Origin: Candidatus Sungiibacteriota bacterium
GTDB taxonomy: Bacteria > Patescibacteriota > Minisyncoccia > Sungbacterales > HO2-52-23
DNA length: 64,000 bases
Assembly (NCBI GenBank): GCA_016432465.1
Contig: CP066690.1
Location: forward strand, 317,538 to 381,537
Direction: 5' to 3'
Part shown: one piece after another, positions 36,217-44,452 of the stretch
Layout of the letters: every line of letters starts with the position of its first letter
Numbering within the stretch: the first letter of the stretch is position 1
Position numbers and translations under genes: made by a program
The notes under the pieces: generated by a model
What the model saw: only the letters and a program-made list of their open reading frames with translations
Databases searched by the model: none
Told to the model about the DNA's origin: nothing

Positions 36217-36654
36217 ATGGACAAACTGTTAATTTCTATCGGACAGTTTCATGTTTTACAAAACATGCCTTCTGTAAAACGCCAATTTGGAGATATCGGA
36301 GAAAAAGAAGCGATTTGTTATTTAAAGAATAGTGGGTATCAAATACTAGATACAAACTATAGGGTCAAGAATCTGGGAGAATTAGATATCATTGGAGAAA
36401 AAAATAATAAGCTATTCTTTTTTGAGGTTAAAACAAGAGACGTGAAACATGAGAGTAACTTCCCCCACTGGACGAGTATAACCCCAAAAAAGAAAAGAAA
36501 TCTTAAGCGAATCTGTAACCTATACTTGGTAGACAAACAGTTTCCATCTAACAAAGAATGGCAGGTGGACGCAATTTTTGTTAAAGTTGATTTTAATACT
36601 AAGAATAGCTTTATAGAACATCTTGAAAATATACTCTGTGAAGAATATTATTAA
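36217..36654 (+). CDS. YraN/UPF0102-family endonuclease-like protein
   Basis: GEKEAICYLKNSGYQILDTNYRV...GELDIIGEKNNKLFFFEVKTR matches the UPF0102 core; region looks AT-rich. Confidence 0.5.
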   Translation: MDKLLISIGQFHVLQNMPSVKRQFGDIGEKEAICYLKNSGYQILDTNYRVKNLGELDIIGEKNNKLFFFEVKTRDVKHESNFPHWTSITPKKKRNLKRICNLYLVDKQFPSNKEWQVDAIFVKVDFNTKNSFIEHLENILCEEYY

Positions 36655-36778
36655 CTATGAAACTACGTGAAACGTAAAACGTGGAACACTGTATCATAGT
36701 ATAACTGTAGTACCGGTCTGCATAGCCAAGCGAGGTCTTAGCGGGCGCGACGAGTCCTTTTTATCTACCTAAATTTAA

Positions 36779-36852
36779 CGGGGTGTAGTATACCGGTAGT
36801 ACGCCTGCTTTGGGAGCAGGTAGACCGAGTTCGATTCTCGGCACCCCGACCA
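36779..36852 (+). tRNA. tRNA-Pro (anticodon UGG), CCA encoded
   Basis: CGGGGTG-TA-GTA...-CCTGC-TTTGGGA-GCAGG-TAGAC-CGAG-TTCGATT-CTCG-GCACCCCG-A-CCA. Confidence 0.75.
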
Positions 36853-36855
36853 TTC

Positions 36856-36894
36856 AAAACAAACCCGCCCTGATTATCGTGGCGGGTTTGTTTT
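36856..36894. terminator. bidirectional terminator
   Basis: AAACAAACCCGCC...GGCGGGTTTGTTTT. Confidence 0.65.
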
Positions 36895-36906
36895 AATGCA
36901 AAAATT

Positions 36907-37608
36907 TTAAACAAACACTAACCTTCGAAATTCTTCTGCATAACGCATGCCATATCTTTTTCCGATTTCTTCAGCGCGTTTAGTGAGAAACTCCCTAAAC
37001 TCTTCTCTGGTATGCGGGGCATGCGGCGCAAACTGGCTTTTGTGCATGAAAAGTGCCTTTAACTTATCTTCAAAAAAATCAGAAACATCTTCTGCGTAAT
37101 TCGGCTCCAAAGAACTTGATAAATAAAGTTCTCTTGTACTATGCGGTTCCACGCCATCTTCAAGTTGTTCGTGATAAAAATGCCAATTACCTGCTGGGAG
37201 AATACTGTTTATAACAACCCAGCCAATAGCCCTGTGGTCGCTATGGTTAATATAATTCTGCATAAAAACACTGGTTGGGTCCGGAGCAATAATCAAATCT
37301 GGCTTATATATGCGAATAAGTTTTACGACAATTTCCCTTGTTTTACGGTTGTCCTCAAGCTCACCATCCAAGTAATCAAGGTGCACCACCTCTTTAATGC
37401 CAATAAACTCAGCCGCATCTTTAGTCTCTTTTTTCCTTGTGGCGGCTACTTCCTTTAAATCTGCTTTGGGATCCTGCGAACCCTTTTCTCCTTTTGTCAT
37501 AATGACCAAAATCACCCTACTTCCCTCCTTTGCGTATTTAATCATTGTGCCGCCGCAACTTATTTCCGGATCGTCGGGGTGGGCATAAATTGCCAAAATT
37601 GTTTTCAT
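36907..37608 (-). CDS. PIG-L/LmbE-family N-acetylglucosaminyl deacetylase
   Basis: AHPDDPE motif near the N-terminus and conserved HxDH region (NHSDHRA). Confidence 0.7.
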   Translation of the reverse strand: MKTILAIYAHPDDPEISCGGTMIKYAKEGSRVILVIMTKGEKGSQDPKADLKEVAATRKKETKDAAEFIGIKEVVHLDYLDGELEDNRKTREIVVKLIRIYKPDLIIAPDPTSVFMQNYINHSDHRAIGWVVINSILPAGNWHFYHEQLEDGVEPHSTRELYLSSSLEPNYAEDVSDFFEDKLKALFMHKSQFAPHAPHTREEFREFLTKRAEEIGKRYGMRYAEEFRRLVFV

Positions 37609-37751
37609 GGATCTTTAAATTATAAAATAAAATAATTAAAATATAAATAGTTCTACGAAACTTGACATTGAACTAAAACGGTGCTAAAATAGTATAGAGT
37701 GGTGCACCGCCCGTCTTGGGCGGTATTTGAAAAACAAAAGGAGGGAACCCC

Positions 37752-38315
37752 ATGAAATTCATTCTTGCGGCGCTTGCTGTTGCGACGGTCATAGCACTGT
37801 CGTCGCAAACAACTGCTCCACCAGAAAAAGAAGCCGGGGATCCCTCAAAACGCAGTCAAGCCGTAAAGGGCGACTGTTGCGGGACTCTCGGACCCTTATC
37901 AGAATCAGTAGTCATTTTTGTAAGGGTTGGAAAAAGCGAGGTAATTCCCATTAAAAGCTATATGCAGTTGTGGTCAATTTATGCTTGGCACAGGATTGAG
38001 AGTGTACCTCGTATCTTAACCGCAAGCTGGTATGGCCCCAGATTTCACAGAAAAAAGACGTGTCATGGCGAACGGTTTAATATGTACAATCTGACGGCTG
38101 CCCACAAAGAACTTCCGGCAGGAACAATGTTAACGCTTAGGAATCCAAAAAATGGGAAAAAGACTTCAGTTAGAATTACCGACTGTGGTCCTTATATTGA
38201 GGGAAGAGAGCTAGACCTTTCTTTTCGTGCAGCTCGTGAGCTTGGATTTGTGAAAACCGGAGTTACGGAACTGATAGTTGAAGAAGTTTCTTTTCCCGCA
38301 CCAAAGAAAAAGTAG
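37752..38315 (+). CDS. RlpA-like double-psi beta-barrel lipoprotein/secreted protein
   Basis: Signal peptide; ASWYGPRFHRKKTCHGERFN...AAHKELPAGTMLTLRNPKNGKKTSVRITDCGPY matches the RlpA/DPBB core. Confidence 0.6.
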   Translation: MKFILAALAVATVIALSSQTTAPPEKEAGDPSKRSQAVKGDCCGTLGPLSESVVIFVRVGKSEVIPIKSYMQLWSIYAWHRIESVPRILTASWYGPRFHRKKTCHGERFNMYNLTAAHKELPAGTMLTLRNPKNGKKTSVRITDCGPYIEGRELDLSFRAARELGFVKTGVTELIVEEVSFPAPKKK

Positions 38316-38379
38316 GGCCTCAAAACGGGGCCCTAAAAAATTTGAAAAGTAATACTTATGTATTATAATTCTATAATCT

Positions 38380-38450
38380 GCGGGTGTAGCACAATGGTAG
38401 TGCGCTTGCCTTCCAAGCAAGATACGTGGGTTCGATTCCCGTCACCCGCT
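38380..38450 (+). tRNA. tRNA-Gly (anticodon UCC)
   Basis: GCGGGTG-TA-GCAC-AATGGTA-GTGC-G-CTTGC-CTTCCAA-GCAAG-ATAC-GTGGG-TTCGATT-CCCGT-CACCCGC-T; promoter TTGAAA...TATAAT upstream. Confidence 0.8.
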
Positions 38451-38553
38451 TCAAAAAAATAACCCCTTAGATATTGGGTTATTTTTTATACTGGTGAGGG
38501 GAAATAGAACCGCATAAACAAAAAAGCAAAACTTAATTTGCTTCTAAAAATGT

Positions 38554-38583
38554 TGCAGGGGGCTTCTGTGGTGGAAGCCCCCT
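38554..38583 (-). terminator. terminator for 38604..38861
   Basis: AGGGGGCTTC-tgtggtg-GAAGCCCCCT, 10-bp GC-rich stem. Confidence 0.55.
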
Positions 38584-38603
38584 ACTTCTTGGATCGCGTG
38601 GCG

Positions 38604-38861
38604 TTAGTAACCGAGATGGTCCGTCATTGTCCGAAGGACCGTGTCAGGGTCTGTGTCAGGCAAATAGAAACCTACCGCCTGCGGAGCACCATTGAGAACA
38701 TCTTCGGAGGGTTCTCCTAAGAGCTCCCGTAAGTCTTCTGCCTCTAGTCGGGGAGCCCACACCATGCAATACCCAAAGTGGTCCACGATGACAGGACCTT
38801 CTCCAGCCGCAAGCGAAGCCACGATTATACTGCTACTAACTTCATCGGTCACGATCTTCAT
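38604..38861 (-). CDS. hypothetical protein (appears GC-richer than surroundings)
   Basis: RBS AAAGGAGGAGTCAG then ATG at 38861 (MKIVTDEVSSS...); 85 aa. Confidence 0.5.
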   Translation of the reverse strand: MKIVTDEVSSSIIVASLAAGEGPVIVDHFGYCMVWAPRLEAEDLRELLGEPSEDVLNGAPQAVGFYLPDTDPDTVLRTMTDHLGY

Positions 38862-39024
38862 CTGACTCCTCCTTTCAGTTGTGGGCCCGTGGGCCTGGAA
38901 CATTACTAATCATAACATTTAGACCATTAAAAGTCAAGTTTTTTGAGTTAAGCCAATAAATCACGCGAAATTTGGAATAGCGAATAATCCGGGCCCTATA
39001 CTCCAACAGGTTCTAACATCATTC

Positions 39025-39143
39025 ATCCCGTTAGAAATAGGACGCGGACGGAGTTCTTTACATTTTACTTGTCATTTTTGGGCGAAAGTTACCCTGGAAA
39101 CAAAAGCCGTGTTTGGATACGCGTCCGCGATTTCTAACGGGAT
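39025..39143. repeat. MITE-like inverted-repeat element (copy X)
   Basis: ATCCCGTTAGAAATAGGACGCGGACG ... CGTCCGCGATTTCTAACGGGAT, imperfect ~22-bp terminal inverted repeats. Confidence 0.55.
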
Positions 39144-39429
39144 TCACTAACCCGCTTGTAACCGAAAATAAACCCTCCTACCTACTAACCACAGGGGCAC
39201 GAATAAAAATAACAAGAGTATTGCTGTAAATTCTCCTTGCTATCATCTCAAACTTTTCTGGTTAGTAAGTGGGGGGTAAACAGAAAGAATATGGAAAGTG
39301 AGAAATACCCATAGATACGAGGTTTTTGTTACGAACAGTGAAAAATTGTAACCGCCCGCCTTGACACATAATGAGTAATATGCAACTAATTTATTTAGTT
39401 CCCCATACCACTACATAAGGAGTAAACCA

Positions 39430-39621
39430 ATGGTAGAGATTCATAGACATCCGGTATGGCCGTATAGAGTTGTTTATGGTGAAAAACTTCGTGCAGGTGA
39501 CACCATTCAGTCTGACGATGTATACGATTCAACCTCGGGAAATTGGGAAAAGGCCCCATGTCCAGGTGTCATCTTACAAGAAGGTTGTAACACTTATTGG
39601 GTACGTCCATCACCTACTTAA
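39430..39621 (+). CDS. small hypothetical protein
   Basis: RBS TAAGGAGTAAACCA then ATG 39430; 63 aa; followed by a hairpin + T-run terminator (39636-39670). Confidence 0.5.
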   Translation: MVEIHRHPVWPYRVVYGEKLRAGDTIQSDDVYDSTSGNWEKAPCPGVILQEGCNTYWVRPSPT

Positions 39622-39674
39622 CAAGGTGGTGTGATTCTTCATCTATCCGTCAAGTGATCTTGGCGGTCTTTTTT

Positions 39675-39776
39675 ATCCCGTTAGAGATTTAGGTAATACC
39701 GAAATAATTAATACTCGCACTCCGCCGTCCTTATCGATGTCATAGAGAGCATTGCGTTCCGCATCTCTAACGGGAT
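39675..39776. repeat. MITE-like inverted-repeat element (copy Y)
   Basis: ATCCCGTTAGAGAT ... ATCTCTAACGGGAT, perfect 14-bp terminal inverted repeats around a ~74-nt core. Confidence 0.55.
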
Positions 39777-39869
39777 TTATTCAAAACTAGGCCTATACCC
39801 GCCCCTTGACATTACTTTATGACCGAACTATTATTGTAATATAAATTATTACAGTAACTGAAAACTATT

Positions 39870-40085
39870 ATGCGAAACATAATTAACCTTTCGTTGCCGC
39901 AGAAGATGACAGAAGTTGTAGAGGAAAATGTTAAAAAGGGCCATTTTTCCAGCAAAAGCGAATTTTTCCGCATGCTCCTTCGTCTCTGGATGGAAGGGAA
40001 ACTTGCGGAAGAACTTGAGGAAAGCCGTAAGGAACTGCGCGGAGGCAAAGGCAAACTACTGAAATCGTTTAAAAACTTCCGATAA
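39870..40085 (+). CDS. type II antitoxin, ribbon-helix-helix (CopG/ParD-like)
   Basis: 71 aa, RHH-like N-terminus (ISLPQKMTEVVEENVKKGHFSSKSEFFRMLLRLW); 9-nt gap to a RelE/ParE-like toxin gene; an inverted repeat TTGTAATA-taaat-TATTACAG sits upstream. Confidence 0.6.
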   Translation: MRNIINLSLPQKMTEVVEENVKKGHFSSKSEFFRMLLRLWMEGKLAEELEESRKELRGGKGKLLKSFKNFR

Positions 40086-40094
40086 GACGACCGT

Positions 40095-40352
40095 ATGCGG
40101 ATTTATTATTCCTCAAAATTTGAACGCGAATATAGAAAACTACCGAAGGAAATCAAGATAGTAGCCGAAGAAAAAGGCGTTATTTTCAGGAAAAATCCGT
40201 TTGACCCCCGGCTTGATACGCATAAATTACACGGTCGCCTGAAAGAGTACTGGGCTTTTTCTATTGTAGACAAATACCGGATTATTTTTGAGTTTGCAGA
40301 AAAAGACATAATCTGGTTTCATTCCGTTGGCGACCATTCAATTTATCAGTAG
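40095..40352 (+). CDS. type II toxin, RelE/ParE family
   Basis: 85 aa; MRIYYSSKFEREYRKLPKEIK...LHGRLKEYWAFSIVDKYRIIFEF...IIWFHSVGDHSIY matches the RelE/ParE fold signature. Confidence 0.6.
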   Translation: MRIYYSSKFEREYRKLPKEIKIVAEEKGVIFRKNPFDPRLDTHKLHGRLKEYWAFSIVDKYRIIFEFAEKDIIWFHSVGDHSIYQ

Positions 40353-40393
40353 AGAGAAAACCGAAAGTAAATAGAAAATGAAAACCGCGTTGA

Positions 40394-40882
40394 TTAACGC
40401 GGCAAGCTTTCTTGTAATTTTCTCCTCACAAAATACACAAATTGTTTGATGCCCCAGCCAACTCGCAGATATTTCCCGCGTCTATCAAATATCTCAAACC
40501 TTATTGCATCACCATTCTTTTTTATTGCTTTCAGAAAGGCATCTCTGTATCTACCAACATTTAACCAAACCAGCACAAGGTCGTATTTTGAAAATTTCCA
40601 CATTCCTTTTACCACTGCATCAGTTAATTCTTCTTGGGTTATTTTTGAATCGTTGGGATAAATATCGTAGCCCTTAACTACTTCCATTTCGCTCTCGCGA
40701 ACTATCGCATCATGTCCCAGTTCTACCGCGATACAATCCATCGCGGCGTATTCAAAGTCGGCAAGATGCGGGAGTGAAGCAAGAGACTTCTTTACCATTT
40801 TCCAGTTTTGTCCCAAATTATAGTTTCCGTGAAATGCACCAGGGTTGCACGGCAAAAGAATACACACTTTTTGACGCGACAT
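40394..40882 (-). CDS. hypothetical protein
   Basis: 162-aa ORF; convergent terminator hairpin CCGCGTT-gat-TAACGCGG at 40367-40387. Confidence 0.45.
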   Translation of the reverse strand: MSRQKVCILLPCNPGAFHGNYNLGQNWKMVKKSLASLPHLADFEYAAMDCIAVELGHDAIVRESEMEVVKGYDIYPNDSKITQEELTDAVVKGMWKFSKYDLVLVWLNVGRYRDAFLKAIKKNGDAIRFEIFDRRGKYLRVGWGIKQFVYFVRRKLQESLPR

Positions 40883-41094
40883 TCTTTGTCTTCCTATTTA
40901 GTAAAGGTTCTAAAAGAATCTGTATCATAAAAAAATAGGCGCGGCAAATGCTTGTTTCATGCCCTCAAAACAGGTTCTCCGCCTTCGTCGAGTCTGACTC
41001 GACTTCGGCGGACAAGTAACATCATACACTAACATGCTAGTCAGTAGAAAGTTCTCCGAAAGAAAATGGAAAATGGGCGATTACTCGCCCAATC

Positions 41095-41709
41095 TTATGC
41101 CCCGCGAGGAGAAAGCATACCGTGTTTTCCGCACTCCAAACAATCAAATGTGATTTTAACAGGTGAGCGGCGTAAATTTGTAGCGAATGCACTCTTTTTG
41201 CAATGAGAACAACGCACAGACACAACACCAACCTCTTCTAACGCCTCGGCAACAATTCGCAGAGGAACATTGTAAGTTCTGACAGCACCGTGCGGTGGTT
41301 TGAACGGCACTGGTTCTACAAACCGCTTCAAATTCTTGAACTCATACCGATAGTCGGCGGCACCGGTACCGATGTAGTCGCCGTTGCCAAATTCTCTATC
41401 AATCTGGTCTCGCTCATCTTCGGTAAGTTCTCGTACGGGCAGAAGTTCTCCAACGCCAACCAATACCATTCTTGGTGTGGTGTGCACTTCATCTTCAAGC
41501 CCGTGTGCCCCAACCACATCCCAAGCAGTGCTGGTTGAAGTATAAAGCAGCGTCAGGCCGGTATGCTTCCATCGCCAAGTTCTTGTTTTGGCAGAGAGTT
41601 TTCCGTTAAGGAGCAACTCGTTGTAAGGAAAATGGTTAGGAAGTGCAGGAATGGTCTTTTGGGCCATTGGATGCTCCTTAAGATAGTGTTCCGAGGTCAT
41701 TCGTATCAT
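41095..41709 (-). CDS. hypothetical protein with C-terminal zinc-ribbon-like Cys pairs (appears GC-richer than surroundings)
   Basis: 204 aa; CSHC...17 aa...CLEC at the C-terminus. Confidence 0.5.
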   Translation of the reverse strand: MIRMTSEHYLKEHPMAQKTIPALPNHFPYNELLLNGKLSAKTRTWRWKHTGLTLLYTSTSTAWDVVGAHGLEDEVHTTPRMVLVGVGELLPVRELTEDERDQIDREFGNGDYIGTGAADYRYEFKNLKRFVEPVPFKPPHGAVRTYNVPLRIVAEALEEVGVVSVRCSHCKKSAFATNLRRSPVKITFDCLECGKHGMLSPRGA

Positions 41710-41903
41710 ACTCCTGTTGGAATGGCAAGTAGGTGGTTGTTTCTGATAAAACAGGTCCCGCCTCGCTCACTTTGTGAGCGGGCGAGGCTCGCCTCGTCCC
41801 AGCTTTGCTGGGCGGGCGGCCCGCTTTTCAACAGGGGATTGCAAAAGTAGCATGGAAGTGCTACTTTTGTTTTTGGGACATTCAAAAAAAGAAAGGGGAT
41901 AAA

Positions 41904-42278
41904 ATGGACATTAGCCAAACCATATTGTTGGAGATGGGTATGAAGACTCTTCAACGGTCAATCCCAGAAGATGAACGCTGCCCAAGTTGTAAGGGGCGGG
42001 GTCAACTTCGTGTTGGTTGCGCATTATCACACGCGATATATAACACTTGTTATGTTTGCTTTGGAGGGGGCAGAGCAAAAGCATATCTAATCGGTGAAAG
42101 GTACAATGCAAAAGAAAAAGTAAAGCGGATAGAGTTATGTCCATCATGTAAACAGCACGCCAATTCTCTAAATATAAATAGGAATAAAAAACTAAACTCA
42201 AATGACTACCATTGCAAAAAAGGACACGGTTGGAGATTGAACAGAAACACAATGGTGATTGAAGAAATACCTGCATAA
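41904..42278 (+). CDS. small Cys-rich zinc-finger-like protein
   Basis: RBS GAAAGGGGATAAA then ATG 41904; CPSC...CxxC..CYVC...CPSC pattern. Confidence 0.45.
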   Translation: MDISQTILLEMGMKTLQRSIPEDERCPSCKGRGQLRVGCALSHAIYNTCYVCFGGGRAKAYLIGERYNAKEKVKRIELCPSCKQHANSLNINRNKKLNSNDYHCKKGHGWRLNRNTMVIEEIPA

Positions 42279-42430
42279 AGTATTAACTGCCTGGTCAACC
42301 AGGCTTTTAACTTATCCAAAACTCGGCATAAAATAGTTTTTAAGCAAACAAAGACAACCCCGTAGGGTTGTTTTGTTTTTGGGAGTTTTTTGCCAGATAC
42401 CTCCTCTCTTGTGTGATTAATGGTTAACTG

Positions 42431-42751
42431 CTAGAAGTTCTCGAAGACCGTGCCGACGGGATTGAGGACAAAAGCATCGCCCTCTCCTCCAACCACTACA
42501 GCCCAGGCCCTTCCTCTGTCAAACTCATCACCCTTCTTCTCGTCAAGGAGTGAGAATTCAACATAGGAGTTTCCGCCGTCCTCTTCGCAGAGGAAACAGG
42601 AGCGGTCAAGCTGCCCGAGGAGTGTATTCCGGGTATCCTCCTCGTCTACACGATCTCCTCGTACTTTTACGTCCACGTGACCGTGCGGAATATTTCCGTC
42701 CGGCCATCCGTGGCAGTACAACTCTGCCCTGATGAGTATCATCGTGCTCAC
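42431..42751 (-). CDS. hypothetical protein (appears GC-richer than surroundings)
   Basis: RBS AAAGGAGGTGAGCACG then ATG at 42751; 106 aa. Confidence 0.5.
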   Translation of the reverse strand: MSTMILIRAELYCHGWPDGNIPHGHVDVKVRGDRVDEEDTRNTLLGQLDRSCFLCEEDGGNSYVEFSLLDEKKGDEFDRGRAWAVVVGGEGDAFVLNPVGTVFENF

Positions 42752-42877
42752 CTCCTTTCTTAGTATTATTATATCATTTTTAATAAGTTATGTCAAATAA
42801 AACTGAGCACCAAACTCATTTCTTTGAAATGAGTGGGTCGCTCCAAGATTAATTCGTTTCAAACTGCGATAGTAAAA

Positions 42878-43150
42878 TCACTTCACCGCAGCTTTTAATG
42901 CCTTTCCCGCTCTGAATTTCGGGGTTACCGTCTCGGCAATCTGGATTTTCTGGCCAGTGCGAGGGTTCACGCCTGCTCGCGCAGTCCTTTTCTTCACGAA
43001 AAATAGCCCAAATCCGGAGACCAAAACCTCTTCGCCCTTTCCAAGGGCCTGCATAATAGTATCAAAAACCGTATCTACTGCATCTTCGGCTGTTTTTTTA
43101 CTGCCGCTTATTTTAGCGTGGACTGCGTCTACCAAACCCATTTTATTCAT
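42878..43150 (-). CDS. HU family DNA-binding protein
   Basis: 90 aa; MNKMGLVDAVHAKISGSKKTAEDAVDTVFDTI...GFGLFFVKKRTARAGVNPRTGQKIQI with typical HU arm. Confidence 0.85.
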   Translation of the reverse strand: MNKMGLVDAVHAKISGSKKTAEDAVDTVFDTIMQALGKGEEVLVSGFGLFFVKKRTARAGVNPRTGQKIQIAETVTPKFRAGKALKAAVK

Positions 43151-43215
43151 AAATTTTATAAAAAGTTAGACCATGACCTTTGTTTTAATTATAACAAAAA
43201 CTGACCTATCTATAA

Positions 43216-43338
43216 ACCCCCCCCACTTTCCCAGCGGGTATTGGACCCCGCGGGAAGGACTTCTACGGCGCCCATTCATCCCCGCAGCAATGGAAGTCTG
43301 ACTTCCTAAACTGCAGGGTATTCTGGGAAGGTGGGGGG
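43216..43338. ncRNA. candidate structured RNA/regulatory element bounded by complementary C8 and G6 tracts
   Basis: CCCCCCCCACTTTCCCAG (5') pairs with CTGGGAAGGTGGGGGG (3'); internal hairpins GGAAG-TCTGA-CTTCC and GCAG..CTGC; sits in the divergent region between HU and 43399 gene. Confidence 0.35.
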
Positions 43339-43398
43339 ATAAATTTTTTCTCTGTGGATATCTTTTACCAACGACCAGTGTTATAATAATTGTGTATA

Positions 43399-43683
43399 AT
43401 GCCCGAAAATAAGGCGCCAAACTATATTATTATAGCGATTGTGGTCATTACTATCGCTGTTTTGGGTTTTCTGGTATGGCGCTCAAAACAAACCGCTAAA
43501 AAAGCCGGACCCGAAGAGCAAAAACCATCAATGCAGCAAGTACTGGAAAATCTTACTGCCCCAAACACTGTACCAGCCATACCGGATAGGGGAGTCTTAC
43601 AATCTATTTCTGCTCCCAAAAAATCTACTCCCGCCAAAATTGATCCAAAAATTATTAATTCATTAACAGCACCCGCTAAGTAG
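43399..43683 (+). CDS. small membrane-anchored hypothetical protein
   Basis: N-terminal TM (YIIIAIVVITIAVLGFLVW), then Pro/Lys-rich tail. Confidence 0.45.
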   Translation: MPENKAPNYIIIAIVVITIAVLGFLVWRSKQTAKKAGPEEQKPSMQQVLENLTAPNTVPAIPDRGVLQSISAPKKSTPAKIDPKIINSLTAPAK

Positions 43684-43757
43684 CTAATAGCGGATGGCCA
43701 ATGGCCAATAGTGGATATATTTGCCATCAGCTGTCTGTCATTAGCTTAATAAAGACC

Positions 43758-44411
43758 ATGTCTCATTTCAAACACCCATCCACTATTGTCGCCTTTATTT
43801 TGGGGGCACTAATTTTTACAGCGCCGTTGGTGTTTTCCTTTACCGAACCAGGCTCGTCTCCACCCGGCGGAAATGTGCCGGCGCCGTTAAACATAGGCCC
43901 AACAGGCCAGTCCAAGACTGGTGGGCTTATATTAAATACCGGAGGCGCAGCCAACGGCCTTATTATTGATCAAGGAAACGTCGGAATCGGAACTTCCGGT
44001 CCCGGCTACAAACTTCATGTAAAAGGGGGGAACTTTAACGTAGAAAATGGGAAAGTCTTTCAGGGGGGCTCCGAACTTTTACCAGCCGGAGCAGTGCTTT
44101 ATTTTAACCTAACCTCCTGTCCCGGCGGATGGTCTGAACTCACGGCTGCTCGCGGTAGATATATTGTCGGACTTCAACAGGGTGGTTCTCTGGGGACAAC
44201 CGTAGGAACAGCTCTTTCCAACCAAGAAAACCGCGCCACAGGAAAGCATAATCACCAATTAGGGGGCCTTTGGGTAAATCAGGGCAATGGAAACAATCCG
44301 GCAGGCACTGCCAATCCAGAACGATGGGCCCCTTATGAAACTGGTTATGCGGGGGACGTGGATGGAACAAATGCTCCGTATATTCAACTTTTGGCCTGTC
44401 AGAAAAATTAG
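43758..44411 (+). CDS. phage-tail-collar-domain-like secreted/membrane-anchored protein
   Basis: N-terminal TM; C-terminal region LPAGAVLYFNLTSCPGGWSELTAARGRYIVGLQQGG...HNHQ resembles the phage tail collar / MdpB-like domain; start uncertain (43701 or 43758). Confidence 0.45.
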   Translation: MSHFKHPSTIVAFILGALIFTAPLVFSFTEPGSSPPGGNVPAPLNIGPTGQSKTGGLILNTGGAANGLIIDQGNVGIGTSGPGYKLHVKGGNFNVENGKVFQGGSELLPAGAVLYFNLTSCPGGWSELTAARGRYIVGLQQGGSLGTTVGTALSNQENRATGKHNHQLGGLWVNQGNGNNPAGTANPERWAPYETGYAGDVDGTNAPYIQLLACQKN

Positions 44412-44452
44412 CTCGCAGTTGCGGTTCCCTAGGCTATTTCAATACAGCACAA

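Noticed and set aside
36700-36778. Second tRNA or tmRNA 3' end just upstream of tRNA-Pro (shared GTAGTACCGGT string)
   Set aside because: No acceptor or T-arm pairing can be drawn; similarity to tRNA-Pro is limited to ~11 nt
43216-43338. Bacterial SRP (4.5S/ffs) RNA
   Set aside because: Superficial GGAAG/GCAGC resemblance only; the conserved domain-IV symmetric-loop motifs (AGGUCAGGxCCGGAAGGAAGCAGCC context) are not present on either strand
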